A stretch of 64,000 bases of DNA from an uncultured Prevotellaceae bacterium (lineage in GTDB: Bacteria; Bacteroidota; Bacteroidia; Bacteroidales; Bacteroidaceae), in assembly GCA_902800595.1 (NCBI GenBank), contig CADCFA010000003.1, positions 1,931-65,930 on the forward strand, given 5' to 3'. The position numbers and the translations under genes were made by a program. The notes beneath the pieces were generated by a model. It had not been told where the DNA came from, ran no database searches, and saw only the letters and a list, made by a program, of their open reading frames with translations. Positions 1-9,998 of the stretch are shown piece by piece (positions within the stretch are counted from its first letter, which is position 1; every line of letters starts with the position of its first letter).

Positions 1-1111
1 TACAAAGAACGAGCACACCTATTCATTTCAGGCTGACGAGCTTAAACTTGATTACCTGGAAAGTGACGAGTTTGTGATGAAATGCGCTGAACTTCGTGGC
101 AGTGTGATGATGATCGGTCCTTTATTGGCCCGTATGGGCAGAGCCGTGATTGCCAAACCCGGCGGCGATAAGATCGGGCGACGGAGGTTAGACACCCACT
201 TCCTCGGTTTCGAGAAACTGGGTGCCAAGTTCAACCGCATCGAGGGACGTGACGTCTATGAGATAGCAGCCCAGAAGCTGAAGGGCAACTATATGTTGCT
301 CGACGAGGCCTCAGTAACCGGTACCGCCAACATTGTGATGGCCGCTGTTTTCGCCAAAGGCACCACCACCATCTATAATGCAGCCTGCGAGCCTTATCTC
401 CAGCAGTTGTGTAAGATGCTGAACCAGATGGGGGCAAACATCAGCGGCATCGGATCAAACCTACTGACCATCGTTGGTGTGAATCAGTTGCATGGTGCTG
501 AACACCGTATCTTGCCAGATATGATTGAGGTCGGTTCTTTCATTGGCATGGCTGCCATGTGCGGCGATGGCATCCGCATCAAAGATGTCTCTCTGAAGGA
601 CCTCGGCATCATCCCTGATGCCTTTAAGAAACTGGGCGTCAAGATCAAGACAGAAGGCGACGACCTGGTGATTCCCCGTCAGAAACATTACGAGATACAA
701 TCATTTATTGATGGTACGATTATGACCTTGGCTGATGCGCCTTGGCCAGGTCTGACACCAGACCTTCTTTCAGTACTCATTGTGGTAGCCACACAAGCCA
801 GAGGCAGTGTACTGTTCCATCAGAAGATGTTTGAGAGTCGTCTGTTCTTCGTTGATAAGCTGATTGACATGGGCGCGCAAATCATATTGTGTGACCCACA
901 TAGAGCCGTTGTTGTGGGGCACGACCGCAAAATCACATTGCATGGCGGTAGGATGACCAGTCCTGATATCCGTGCAGGTATTGCCCTGCTGATTGCAGCC
1001 ATGAGTGCCACAGGCACCAGTCGTATTGACAACATCGAACAGATAGACAGAGGTTATGAGCACATCGAGGATCGTCTGAATGCCCTCGGAGCAAAGATCA
1101 CAAGAGGTTAG
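1..1111 (+). CDS. murA: UDP-N-acetylglucosamine 1-carboxyvinyltransferase (5' truncated by window edge)
   Basis: Frame is open to the window edge (TKNEHTYSFQADEL...). MurA motifs LRGSV, PGGDKIGRR, ASVTGTAN, DMIEVGS, PWPG, FESR and IDRGYE are present. Confidence 0.97.
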   Translation, partial: TKNEHTYSFQADELKLDYLESDEFVMKCAELRGSVMMIGPLLARMGRAVIAKPGGDKIGRRRLDTHFLGFEKLGAKFNRIEGRDVYEIAAQKLKGNYMLLDEASVTGTANIVMAAVFAKGTTTIYNAACEPYLQQLCKMLNQMGANISGIGSNLLTIVGVNQLHGAEHRILPDMIEVGSFIGMAAMCGDGIRIKDVSLKDLGIIPDAFKKLGVKIKTEGDDLVIPRQKHYEIQSFIDGTIMTLADAPWPGLTPDLLSVLIVVATQARGSVLFHQKMFESRLFFVDKLIDMGAQIILCDPHRAVVVGHDRKITLHGGRMTSPDIRAGIALLIAAMSATGTSRIDNIEQIDRGYEHIEDRLNALGAKITRG

Positions 1112-1118
1112 ATGAAGA

Positions 1119-1628
1119 ATGATAAAGCGAGAAGAAGTATATAAGATCGGGAAACTAGGTAAGACACATGGTGTGAGTGGGGAGATCTCCTTCCTGCTCG
1201 ATGATGATGTGTTTGACCGCACTGATGCCGATTATCTCATTCTTGACATCGATGGCATCCTGGTACCTTTCTTCATCGATTCATATCGTTTCAAGACCGA
1301 CAGTAATGTCCTGATGAAATTTGATGGTATTGACACTCAGGAAAGGGCACGTGAGTTGACTGGATGCGATGTATATTTCCCCCGTGAGCATGCTGACGAT
1401 AATGATGACAGTATCTCTTGGGCCGAGCTGGTGGGCTACAGCCTTATCGACAACCATGGCGGAAAGGTCATTGGCGAGATTGCATCCATAGACGACACAA
1501 CCATCAATATCCTGTTTGAGTTGACTACCGGCAAACTCATTCCCGCCTCGGAAGAACTGATTACACAAATAGATACAAAGAAACAACAAATATACATTAA
1601 TTTGCCAGAAGGCATCTTGGAATTATGA
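1119..1628 (+). CDS. rimM: 16S rRNA processing protein RimM
   Basis: IGKLGKTHGVSGE N-terminus, C-terminal PRC barrel (LIPA...LPEGILEL), 169 aa. Confidence 0.93.
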   Translation: MIKREEVYKIGKLGKTHGVSGEISFLLDDDVFDRTDADYLILDIDGILVPFFIDSYRFKTDSNVLMKFDGIDTQERARELTGCDVYFPREHADDNDDSISWAELVGYSLIDNHGGKVIGEIASIDDTTINILFELTTGKLIPASEELITQIDTKKQQIYINLPEGILEL

Positions 1629-2782
1629 AGAAGCAAATAGCCATTCTCGGCTCTACGGGGTCGATTGGAACACAAGCTCTCGAGGTCATCGAGGAGCATA
1701 GTGACCTTTATGAGGTATATTGTCTGACAGCCAACAACAAGGTTCAGCTGCTGGCAGAACAGGCTCACAAATTCAAGCCTGCCGCCATCGTCATTGCTAA
1801 CGAGCAGCACTACGACGAGCTGAAATCGCTCATGAGCGATATGCCCGACACTAAAGTATACGCTGGTGCCAAGGCACTGGACGAGATTGTAGAGGCAGGG
1901 CCTATTGACATGGTGCTCACAGCCATGGTTGGATTCTCCGGGCTCAACCCCACTATCCATGCCATCAAAGCAGGTAAGACCATTTGTCTGGCCAACAAGG
2001 AGACGCTGGTTGTTGCCGGTGAGTTGATTCTGCAACTCGCCCAGCAATACCACACCCCCATCCTGCCTGTAGATAGCGAGCACTCTGCTATCTTCCAGAG
2101 TCTCGTCGGTGAGGATCAGAACCCGATTGAAAAAATCCTGCTGACAGCTTCGGGCGGTCCCTTCCGTCTGAAATCAATGGAGGAGATAGCCCATGTGACA
2201 AAAACCGATGCGCTGCGCCACCCGACATGGGATATGGGGGCAAAGATTACCATCGACTCCGCTTCGATGATGAACAAGGGATTCGAGGTCATAGAGGCCA
2301 AATGGCTCTTCGGAGTAGATGCCGACAAGATTCAAGTGCTGGTTCATCCTCAGTCGATCGTTCACAGTGCCGTGCAGTTCCAGGATGGAAGTGTAAAGGC
2401 CCAGTTAGGTGTGCCCGATATGCGTCTGCCCATCCAATATGCCTTCTCATTCCCCCAGCGTCTGCATCTGAGCGGTGAGCGCCTTGATCTGTTCAAGGCT
2501 CAGCATCTGGAGTTTTTTGAGCCCGACTTGAACAAGTTCCGTTGTCTGGCACTGGCTTTCGAGGCCATTAACAAAGGTGGAAACATGCCATGTATCGTGA
2601 ATGCAGCTAATGAGATCGTTAACCGCGGCTTCCTTGAGGACAAGTGTGGCTTCCTGCAGATGGGTGACATCATTGCAGAGACTATGCAGCGTGCCACCTT
2701 TGACAAAGAGCCCTCCTACGATACCTACATTGCTACCGATGAAGAAGCACGTCGCATCGCCAGAGAACTGATGAAAGGGTAA
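1625..2782 (+). CDS. dxr: 1-deoxy-D-xylulose 5-phosphate reductoisomerase
   Basis: LGSTGSIGTQ, LANKETLV, PVDSEHSAIFQ, HPTWDMGAKITIDSA, MNKGFEVIEA. Confidence 0.98.
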   Translation: MKKQIAILGSTGSIGTQALEVIEEHSDLYEVYCLTANNKVQLLAEQAHKFKPAAIVIANEQHYDELKSLMSDMPDTKVYAGAKALDEIVEAGPIDMVLTAMVGFSGLNPTIHAIKAGKTICLANKETLVVAGELILQLAQQYHTPILPVDSEHSAIFQSLVGEDQNPIEKILLTASGGPFRLKSMEEIAHVTKTDALRHPTWDMGAKITIDSASMMNKGFEVIEAKWLFGVDADKIQVLVHPQSIVHSAVQFQDGSVKAQLGVPDMRLPIQYAFSFPQRLHLSGERLDLFKAQHLEFFEPDLNKFRCLALAFEAINKGGNMPCIVNAANEIVNRGFLEDKCGFLQMGDIIAETMQRATFDKEPSYDTYIATDEEARRIARELMKG

Positions 2783-2810
2783 AAAGGTAAAAAAGAAATA
2801 AGGTAAAAAG
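2778..2810 (+). repeat. 8-bp degenerate tandem repeat (GGTAAAAA x4) at the dxr-rseP junction
   Basis: ggtaaaaa ggtaaaaa agaaataa ggtaaaaa; fills nearly the whole intergenic space. Confidence 0.75.
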
Positions 2811-2813
2811 ATT

Positions 2814-4199
2814 ATGGATATATTTTTGATACGTCTGTTGCAGTTTATGCTCGCAATCGGACTTTTAGTACTGCTCCATGAGGGCGGACATTTTTTCTTT
2901 TCGAAACTATTCGGTGTACGCGTTGATAAATTCTACCTGTTTTTCGATCCTGGCATCGGCAAATGGGATGGCAGTCTCTTTAAATGGAAGCCAAAGAACA
3001 GCGACACCCAATATGGTGTGGGGTGGCTTCCCCTTGGCGGCTATTGTAAGATTGCAGGTATGATAGACGAGAGTTTCGATACCGAACAGATGAAACAACC
3101 CGAACAGCCATGGGAGTTCCGTGCCAAACCAGCCTGGCAGCGTCTATTGATTATGATTGGCGGTGTGCTGGTAAACTTCCTGCTTGCCCTGTTCATCTAT
3201 TCGATGATTCTCTTCTATTGGGGTGACACATATATTCCCGTAAAGGATATGACCTACGGTATGAAGTTTAATACTGAGGCTAAACAATACGGTTTCAAGG
3301 ACGGCGACATCCTTGTAGGCACAGACCAAGGCACTTTCAAGGATTTCTCTGCCGACCTTTTCAGAGATCTCTCAGAGGCCAAGCGGGTGGATATTATCCG
3401 TAACGGTCAGGCGATGAGTTTGCAGCTGCCTGGTGACATCAACCTACTCGGTATGCTGAAGTCCGAACCACCATTTGTCAGTCCGTTTATCCCAGCAGAA
3501 ATCGACAGTGTGATGGATAGCTCTCCCGCTTCCCAAATGGGTCTGAAGAAAGGTGATAAAATCATAGCACTGAATGGTAAGGCCATCGACTCATACAATG
3601 AGTTTACCAACCAAATCGGCATTCTGAATGATATGATGACAGGTGCTAAGACGGGGGCTGACAGTATGAAGGTACGTACCGTCACCATGGTGATTGCCCG
3701 TGAGAACAAGACCGACACGCTGACTACGATGCTTACTGCCGACCTGAAGGTAGGTTTCTTCGTGAAAAGTCTGGCAGGTATTTACCAGCCCATCACAAAA
3801 GAATATGGCTTCCTGGAAAGTTTCCCCGCAGGTATCAAATATGGTTTCAACGTGCTGGCCGGCTATGTGGGCGACATGAAATATGTCTTCACCGCCGACG
3901 GCGCCAAATCACTTGGCGGTTTCGGTGCTATCGGCAGTCTGTTCCCTCCGATGTGGGACTGGTACATGTTCTGGAAGATGACCGCTTTCCTCTCTATCAT
4001 CCTGGCCTTCATGAACATCCTGCCTATCCCTGCCCTCGATGGTGGTCATGTGCTGTTCCTGTTCTATGAGATGATTACCCGTCGCAAGCCTTCAGAGACT
4101 TTTATGATTCGTGCTGAGTATGTAGGCTTCGGCATCTTGATACTGCTGATGGTGGTGGCAAACCTGAATGACATTCTCCGCTGGCTCGGTTACATGTAA
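2814..4199 (+). CDS. rseP: RIP metalloprotease RseP (M50 with PDZ)
   Basis: HEGGH, LPLGGYCKIAGM, PDZ-like region, NILPIPALDGGH; follows dxr. Confidence 0.96.
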   Translation: MDIFLIRLLQFMLAIGLLVLLHEGGHFFFSKLFGVRVDKFYLFFDPGIGKWDGSLFKWKPKNSDTQYGVGWLPLGGYCKIAGMIDESFDTEQMKQPEQPWEFRAKPAWQRLLIMIGGVLVNFLLALFIYSMILFYWGDTYIPVKDMTYGMKFNTEAKQYGFKDGDILVGTDQGTFKDFSADLFRDLSEAKRVDIIRNGQAMSLQLPGDINLLGMLKSEPPFVSPFIPAEIDSVMDSSPASQMGLKKGDKIIALNGKAIDSYNEFTNQIGILNDMMTGAKTGADSMKVRTVTMVIARENKTDTLTTMLTADLKVGFFVKSLAGIYQPITKEYGFLESFPAGIKYGFNVLAGYVGDMKYVFTADGAKSLGGFGAIGSLFPPMWDWYMFWKMTAFLSIILAFMNILPIPALDGGHVLFLFYEMITRRKPSETFMIRAEYVGFGILILLMVVANLNDILRWLGYM

Positions 4200-4202
4200 T
4201 CT

Positions 4203-5114
4203 ATGGTGGTAGTAATGCTGACGCTGTTTGCCCTCGTAGTCGTAGGCTACGTGGCGGGTAAACTGGGCTATCTTGGTGGTGATTTTGACAGACAGCTGTC
4301 GCGACTGGTGATCAACATCACCTGTCCGGCGCTGATCCTGTCATCATCTATGACGGGTACACTACCCGACCGTCATTTTATCTTGCCCTTATTGCTCATC
4401 AGTGTCATCACATATATCATTCTGGCAGGTGTAGCCTTCCTCCTTCCACAATATTTGACGAAGAAGAAAGATGACGAAGGCCCCATCGGCTTTGCCCTGA
4501 TGTTCGGTAACGTGGGATTTATGGGCTATCCAGTGGTAGCTTCAATCTTCGGCCACGAAGCAGTCTTCTATGCCGCCGTTCTCAATGTGGTAAACACCTT
4601 TGCAGTCTTTACCATCGGTACACTTCTGATTACAGGAAAGAGCGAGATGGAAGGTGAGCGTTTTCAGAAGAAAGTTCTCTATTCCACCCCAATGCTTGCA
4701 GCCTATCTGACGATGGCCATCGTGGCACTTGAAATCGACTATATTCCTGCTGCCATCAGCCAGCCCCTGACTATGCTGGGCAACATCACCGTTCCTGCTG
4801 CCCTGCTGATTATCGGTTCATCGATGTCGAGTCTCCCGCTGCGTTCGTTATTAGGCAATACCACTGTCTATACCACAACACTTTTCCGTCTGATCATCTT
4901 ACCTATAGGTATTCATTTCCTGATGAGCGCTATAGGTTTCTCCCCAATGGTTGTCAATATCAACACACTCGTCATCGCCATGCCCGTTGCCACTTATGGC
5001 ACAATCCTATGCCTGAAATATGAGAAAGACACCACTATGATGACTGAGGTCACTTTCATCACCACACTCCTTTCCATGATCAGTATTCCCTTGTTAGTTA
5101 CATTTTTCTTCTGA
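4203..5114 (+). CDS. AEC (auxin efflux carrier) family transporter
   Basis: About 10 TM helices; FGNVGFMGYPV and AMPVA motifs. Confidence 0.88.
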   Translation: MVVVMLTLFALVVVGYVAGKLGYLGGDFDRQLSRLVINITCPALILSSSMTGTLPDRHFILPLLLISVITYIILAGVAFLLPQYLTKKKDDEGPIGFALMFGNVGFMGYPVVASIFGHEAVFYAAVLNVVNTFAVFTIGTLLITGKSEMEGERFQKKVLYSTPMLAAYLTMAIVALEIDYIPAAISQPLTMLGNITVPAALLIIGSSMSSLPLRSLLGNTTVYTTTLFRLIILPIGIHFLMSAIGFSPMVVNINTLVIAMPVATYGTILCLKYEKDTTMMTEVTFITTLLSMISIPLLVTFFF

Positions 5115-6273
5115 ACATTCCCGATGTCCCCGACAGCCTATCTATCAGCAGATAAGCAGCAGCTATGATAACATAGACCATGATGATTTGCAGAATGGAA
5201 GGATGTAGCTCCTCTATGCTCACCCAAGATATGGAAGCCACAAATGCCAAAACGGTGTTGAGAGCGCTTACTATATATATTAATAGGTACGCGAGAGAAG
5301 GGACAAGCAACACGGCAAGCACAAGATAAAGAATCAGTGGTGCAAAAGGAATCACTACAAAATTGGTCATCAAGAACAAAGAAGAGAAACGACCGAAATA
5401 ATAAGCTACCAGCGGAGCCGTTCCCAATTGAGCCGCACAAGAGACTCCCAATAAAGACCATAGCCACCTAACCACGCGATGGGACTTCAAAAACGACTGC
5501 GGGAAAAGACTCTCGAAGACAGGGTACCATACTAAGATAGACAAGACCGCCAGGAATGACAACTGAAAACCAATATCAAAAAGAGACAAAGGATGGACCA
5601 TCAGCATGACGATGGCAGTAAAAGCAAGCGTATTGACAGACATCCGGTTTCGATCACCAAGAGACAACAACGCATAGACGGTCAGCATCACTGCCGATCG
5701 CACCACACTGGCCGACATGCCTACCAAGAAGACAAACAACCAGATGCAGCTAATGATCAGCACTTGGGATACAACCTGCCACCGTCGTCGATAAAGGAGC
5801 AAAGAGAGTAACGTATAGATGATGCTCAGGTGCAGACCACTCAGTGCGAGTATGTGCGCAGCACCTGTCACGGCATATGTGTTCTTCAGCTCTTTTGTCA
5901 ACTGAGCCTTATCGCCGAGTGCCATCGCTGCCACCACCGCATAGGCATCACCATCAACCCCATTCTCTGAAAGGCGATCCAGCAACCGTGCCCGCTGTGA
6001 CAGGAAGTAGGTTTTGGAACGTTCCAGTCTTGACGCCTGAGGCGGTTCCTGTTGTGCCTGTCGCATCAGGAGTGCTCCTAATACCACAAAACACGAAATA
6101 ATGACAGCCGACTGCAGATACGCATGCCGCCATAGGCAGAATGCTGTCAAAGTTAACGCTACTAATAACAGAAAGAGAGGTAATGAGACCACATACCTTT
6201 CCGCAACCATTCCTGCCATCAGACCGATGGCAATCTTGACCAATGGTGCATTTTCTGAAACACTGTTTCTCAT
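5098..6273 (-). CDS. comEC: ComEC/Rec2 competence membrane protein (short form)
   Basis: GAAHILALSGLH, SVVRSAVM, DIGFQLSFLAV, AQLGTAPL. Confidence 0.9.
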   Translation of the reverse strand: MRNSVSENAPLVKIAIGLMAGMVAERYVVSLPLFLLLVALTLTAFCLWRHAYLQSAVIISCFVVLGALLMRQAQQEPPQASRLERSKTYFLSQRARLLDRLSENGVDGDAYAVVAAMALGDKAQLTKELKNTYAVTGAAHILALSGLHLSIIYTLLSLLLYRRRWQVVSQVLIISCIWLFVFLVGMSASVVRSAVMLTVYALLSLGDRNRMSVNTLAFTAIVMLMVHPLSLFDIGFQLSFLAVLSILVWYPVFESLFPQSFLKSHRVVRWLWSLLGVSCAAQLGTAPLVAYYFGRFSSLFLMTNFVVIPFAPLILYLVLAVLLVPSLAYLLIYIVSALNTVLAFVASISWVSIEELHPSILQIIMVYVIIAAAYLLIDRLSGTSGMFRRKM

Positions 6274-6295
6274 ACGATTCTTGACTAACTGGTGG

Positions 6296-6303
6296 CAAAG
6301 TTA
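6296..6303 (-). promoter_or_regulatory. Bacteroidota -7 promoter element TAACTTTG for comEC
   Basis: Matches TAnnTTTG, just upstream of the start codon. Confidence 0.7.
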
Positions 6304-6365
6304 CAACTTTCTGTCTAAAAAACATAACATTCTTAAAGAAATTTGGTTTTACGAACACTTATTTG

Positions 6366-6373
6366 TATCTTTG
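6366..6373 (+). promoter_or_regulatory. -7 promoter element TATCTTTG for terC-argE
   Basis: TAnnTTTG 8 nt before ATG 6382. Confidence 0.75.
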
Positions 6374-6381
6374 CACGCGAT

Positions 6382-7329
6382 ATGGAAGTAATTAGTATGC
6401 CCATTTGGGCTTGGATTTTGTTCTACGTGCTGGTGCTGATCATGCTCGTCATCGACCTGAAGTCGTTCGGTAAGAAAGGTCAGCATGAGGTGAGTGTATC
6501 AGAGGCTCTGAAAATGACAGCCATCTGGATTGGTGTCTCTCTGATTTTCTGTGGTGGTATCTGGCTCTATGAGGGTGATGAGAAAGCAATGGAGTTCCTG
6601 GCTGGCTACCTCATTGAGAAATCCCTGTCGATGGATAATCTTTTTGTTTTCCTGATGCTCTTCTCCTTCTTTGGTATTCAACGAAAATATCAGCATGAGG
6701 TACTTTTCTGGGGTATTTTCGGTGCCTTGGTGCTTCGCAGCATTTTTATCTTCGCAGGTACAGCTATCATCAACCAGTTTGAATGGATACTCGGCGTATT
6801 TGGTATCTTTCTCATTTATACAGGCTTTAAAATGTTCCGCCATCAAGATGACGAACAGGTTGACCCTTCGAAGAACATTTTCGTAAAACTCTTCAGAAAG
6901 TTCTTCCCCGTCACCGATCAGATGCACGACGACAAGTTCTTTATCGTAGAGAATGGGAAGCACCTTGCCACCCCCTTGTTTATTGCCTTGCTTGTGATAG
7001 AGACCACCGATGTAGCTTTTGCCGTAGATAGCATACCTGCTGTTTTTTCTGTCAGTCGCGACCCGTTCATCGTACTTACGAGTAACGTCTTTGCCATCCT
7101 CGGCTTGCGAGCACTTTACTTCGCTCTGGCAGCTGTGGCAAAGTACTTCGCTTATCTGAAATACGGTCTTGGCATCATCCTCAGCTTCGTAGGCATCAAG
7201 ATGCTTTTGGAGGTCATCTGGAATATCGAAGTGCCCACCCCGCTCTCCTTAGTTATTATCTTTGGTATCTTAGTCCTTTCAATGGGACTGTCTTATATCA
7301 TCTCAAATCATCAGAGTCATGGAGATTAG
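6382..7329 (+). CDS. TerC/Alx family membrane protein
   Basis: IEKSLSMDNLFVF, DVAFAVDSIPA, SNVFAILGLRALYF. Start placed at 6382 (alternative 6397) because the promoter lies inside the longer ORF call. Confidence 0.92.
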   Translation: MEVISMPIWAWILFYVLVLIMLVIDLKSFGKKGQHEVSVSEALKMTAIWIGVSLIFCGGIWLYEGDEKAMEFLAGYLIEKSLSMDNLFVFLMLFSFFGIQRKYQHEVLFWGIFGALVLRSIFIFAGTAIINQFEWILGVFGIFLIYTGFKMFRHQDDEQVDPSKNIFVKLFRKFFPVTDQMHDDKFFIVENGKHLATPLFIALLVIETTDVAFAVDSIPAVFSVSRDPFIVLTSNVFAILGLRALYFALAAVAKYFAYLKYGLGIILSFVGIKMLLEVIWNIEVPTPLSLVIIFGILVLSMGLSYIISNHQSHGD

Positions 7330-8383
7330 CAATTACACAAACGACGCCTTAGAACTACTGAAGGAACTGATTGCTATTCCTTCTGTTAGCCGTGAAGAGA
7401 AGAATGCCGCTGACAAGCTTGCTGAGTATCTGAATCGTTGGGGTCTGCCATTCGGCCGTGAAGGTAACAACCTATGGGTAGGTTGTCAGGATTGGGACAA
7501 CAACCGCCCTACCATCATGCTAAATGCGCATATTGACACAGTGAAACCCGTCGCTTCCTGGACTCGCGATCCATTTACGCCTACCCAGGAAGGCGACCTG
7601 CTCTATGGTCTAGGTTCCAATGATTGCGGCGGTGGACTGGTAGCATTACTTCAGGTCTATCGTATCATGCTCCAGCGCCCCCGTAGTTATAATATCCTCT
7701 GGGTGGCATCTGCAGAAGAGGAAGTATCAGGTGCTGATGGGTTCAGTCGAGTATTGCCATTGTTACCAAAAGTGGATGTAGCCATTGTTGGTGAACCGAC
7801 AGGCATGCGGCCTGCTATTGCAGAGAAAGGCCTGATGGTGATCGACGGTTACGCTTATGGCAAGTCGGGGCATGCTGCCAGAGGCGAAGGTGTAAATGCC
7901 ATCTATGAAGCACTTGACGATCTGGTATGGCTTCGCGATTATAAGTTCCGGAAAGAAAGTCCGCTGTTAGGTTCCACCAAGATGACGGTAACGGTTGTGG
8001 AGAGTGGCACCCAGCACAATGTTGTTCCTGACACTTTGCATTTTGTCATTGACGTGCGCACCAATGAGTTCTATCAGAACGAGTTCCTCTACGAGTTCTT
8101 GAAAAAGAAGATGAATAAGTGCGAACTCCGTCCTCGCTCATTCCGTCTGCATTCCAGCAGCATCCCACAGGATCATCCCATCATCCGCAGATGTCTGGAA
8201 CGCGGCATGCAGCCTTTTGGCTCACCTACCCTGAGCGACCAAGCACTGATGCCCTTCCCCTCGTTCAAGTTAGGCCCCGGAGAATCAAGTCGCTCACATT
8301 CGGCAGACGAGTTCATCAAGATTTCCGAAATTCATCAGGCTATCGAGACCTATATCTATCTATTAGAAGGGCTGGCTATCTAG
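7319..8383 (+). CDS. argE: M20 family metallo-hydrolase (ArgE-like deacylase)
   Basis: LNAHIDTV, GLGSNDCGG, AEEE, VGEPT, GHAA, SHSADE. Confidence 0.82.
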   Translation: MEISNYTNDALELLKELIAIPSVSREEKNAADKLAEYLNRWGLPFGREGNNLWVGCQDWDNNRPTIMLNAHIDTVKPVASWTRDPFTPTQEGDLLYGLGSNDCGGGLVALLQVYRIMLQRPRSYNILWVASAEEEVSGADGFSRVLPLLPKVDVAIVGEPTGMRPAIAEKGLMVIDGYAYGKSGHAARGEGVNAIYEALDDLVWLRDYKFRKESPLLGSTKMTVTVVESGTQHNVVPDTLHFVIDVRTNEFYQNEFLYEFLKKKMNKCELRPRSFRLHSSSIPQDHPIIRRCLERGMQPFGSPTLSDQALMPFPSFKLGPGESSRSHSADEFIKISEIHQAIETYIYLLEGLAI

Positions 8384-9983
8384 ACAGCCAGCCCTCTGGG
8401 TTCAGTTTTTCATTTCCACGTCGCAGCTGGAACTGCATCACACCTTCAGAACCTAGTCGTCCGATGGTCTGTCGGGTGCTAACCTTCTGTCCACGACTGA
8501 CACTCACCGAAGCCAGGTCGCAATAGACGGACAAATAGTTACCATGACGGATAATCACCACTGTGGTACCTGCATAACCAAAGACCGCACTCACTTCACC
8601 ATCGAAGATGCAACGAACAGCAGAACCTGGCTGCGCTTTGATATCGATGCCTTTCTTATCCAGCGTGACATGTCCTTTCACATCCGTCACGTGATTCGTT
8701 CCAAAACGATGCACAATCTGATAACTGCCACTGATAGGCATGGGCAGACGCCCACGATTACTCTCAAAGTTACCATTCAGACGCTGATCTTCTGATGAGA
8801 CAGTATAGACCCGCTCTGCCGACTTCTTGGCAGCAGCCACCTCTTTCTCACGTGCTCTAGCCTCTTCCTTTGCCTTTCGCTCTGCTGCCAGACGGGCTTT
8901 TTCAGCCTCACGGGCAGCACGCTCTGCAGCAGCTTTTTCTTCAGCACTCTTTCTAGCTGCTGCTCTAGCCTCAGCCTTCGCTTTCTCCTCACGCGCCTTA
9001 GCCTCCGCAATCCTTCGAGCATTTTCACGTGCTGCAGCTTCAGCCTCAGCTTTTTTCCTTGCCAGTTCCTCAGCTCGTTTTCTGGCAGCCTCTGCTTCAG
9101 CCTTTCTTTTTGCTTCTGCCTCTGCACGAGCCTTTGCACGAGCTATCTCCTCTGCAATCAACCGGTCAATCTGGGCATTCAGCTCTACATCACGTTTCTT
9201 CTGTTTATCAATGATGCTAATGATGGTCTTCTGTTGCTTCTTCAACGAGTTCACCACCTGCTCCTGCTCAACCTGCTTGTTCTCCAGCGACTTCTTTTCC
9301 TGTTCACCACGATAGAGCAAATCATTCTTCTGTCGTTTCGAGGTTTTAAGTTCTTCAAAAGCCTCTGCGACCTGAACTTGCATAGCCTCCACAGCCTCAC
9401 CTTGTGCTTTCTGATAAGCCGCATACTCACGGACAAATCTCAAACGACGATACATCTGTGAAAAGTTTTTCGCACTGAAGATAAACATCATCTGACTTTG
9501 GATACTCCGATTGCGATGCATATAACGCATGGACTTTTGGAAACGCTGCTTACGCTCTTCGAGCTCACGCTCCAGCACTTTCAGCTGCGCCTGAAGAACA
9601 TGAATGTTTCCATCAAGCCGATGGATATCGCCACGAATGGTATCAATCGCACGACGTCTATCAGCTATCTCATTGTTGATGACCATAAGATTCTGCAGAC
9701 GCTTCTTCACATCCTGCTCATTGGCGCGCAGTCGGCGCTCTTGCTCCTTAATCTGCTGGCGAACCTGAGCCTGTTCGTTCTTTAGACTACTAACAGTAAC
9801 AGGGGGCGTTTTGGGGCTAGTCTTGCTTGTTTTGCTAGTCTTGCTAGTTTTGCTAGTTTTACTAGTCTTTTTTGTCTTGCTGGTTGCAGTCGTCTTCGGT
9901 CTGGCAGACTTCTTTTTTGTCTGCTGGGCTGGAGCCACTGCCACCAAGCAAGCCAGGATCCAAAATAATAATAACCGTTTCAC
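8376..9983 (-). CDS. EnvC-like murein hydrolase activator (coiled coil plus degenerate M23 domain)
   Basis: Signal peptide, long coiled coil, GRLPMP and C-terminal LytM. The Zn ligands are replaced (KKGIDI, MQFQL), as in EnvC. Confidence 0.88.
   Translation of the reverse strand: MKRLLLFWILACLVAVAPAQQTKKKSARPKTTATSKTKKTSKTSKTSKTSKTSKTSPKTPPVTVSSLKNEQAQVRQQIKEQERRLRANEQDVKKRLQNLMVINNEIADRRRAIDTIRGDIHRLDGNIHVLQAQLKVLERELEERKQRFQKSMRYMHRNRSIQSQMMFIFSAKNFSQMYRRLRFVREYAAYQKAQGEAVEAMQVQVAEAFEELKTSKRQKNDLLYRGEQEKKSLENKQVEQEQVVNSLKKQQKTIISIIDKQKKRDVELNAQIDRLIAEEIARAKARAEAEAKRKAEAEAARKRAEELARKKAEAEAAARENARRIAEAKAREEKAKAEARAAARKSAEEKAAAERAAREAEKARLAAERKAKEEARAREKEVAAAKKSAERVYTVSSEDQRLNGNFESNRGRLPMPISGSYQIVHRFGTNHVTDVKGHVTLDKKGIDIKAQPGSAVRCIFDGEVSAVFGYAGTTVVIIRHGNYLSVYCDLASVSVSRGQKVSTRQTIGRLGSEGVMQFQLRRGNEKLNPEGWLSR
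9816..9869. repeat. 9-bp tandem repeat x6 encoding (KTS)n
   Basis: gctagtctt gcttgtttt gctagtctt gctagtttt gctagtttt actagtctt. Confidence 0.9.
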
Positions 9984-9998
9984 GCGTTATCTTTTGTA

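Noticed and set aside
6274-6381. yybP-ykoY riboswitch expected upstream of TerC/Alx
   Set aside because: The promoter lies 8 nt from the start codon, so there is no room for a leader, and no such structure is seen.
8820-9160. Repetitive DNA and an Ala/Ser-rich antisense ORF (8827-9315)
   Set aside because: Explained by the A/E/K/R-rich coiled coil of the EnvC-like protein.
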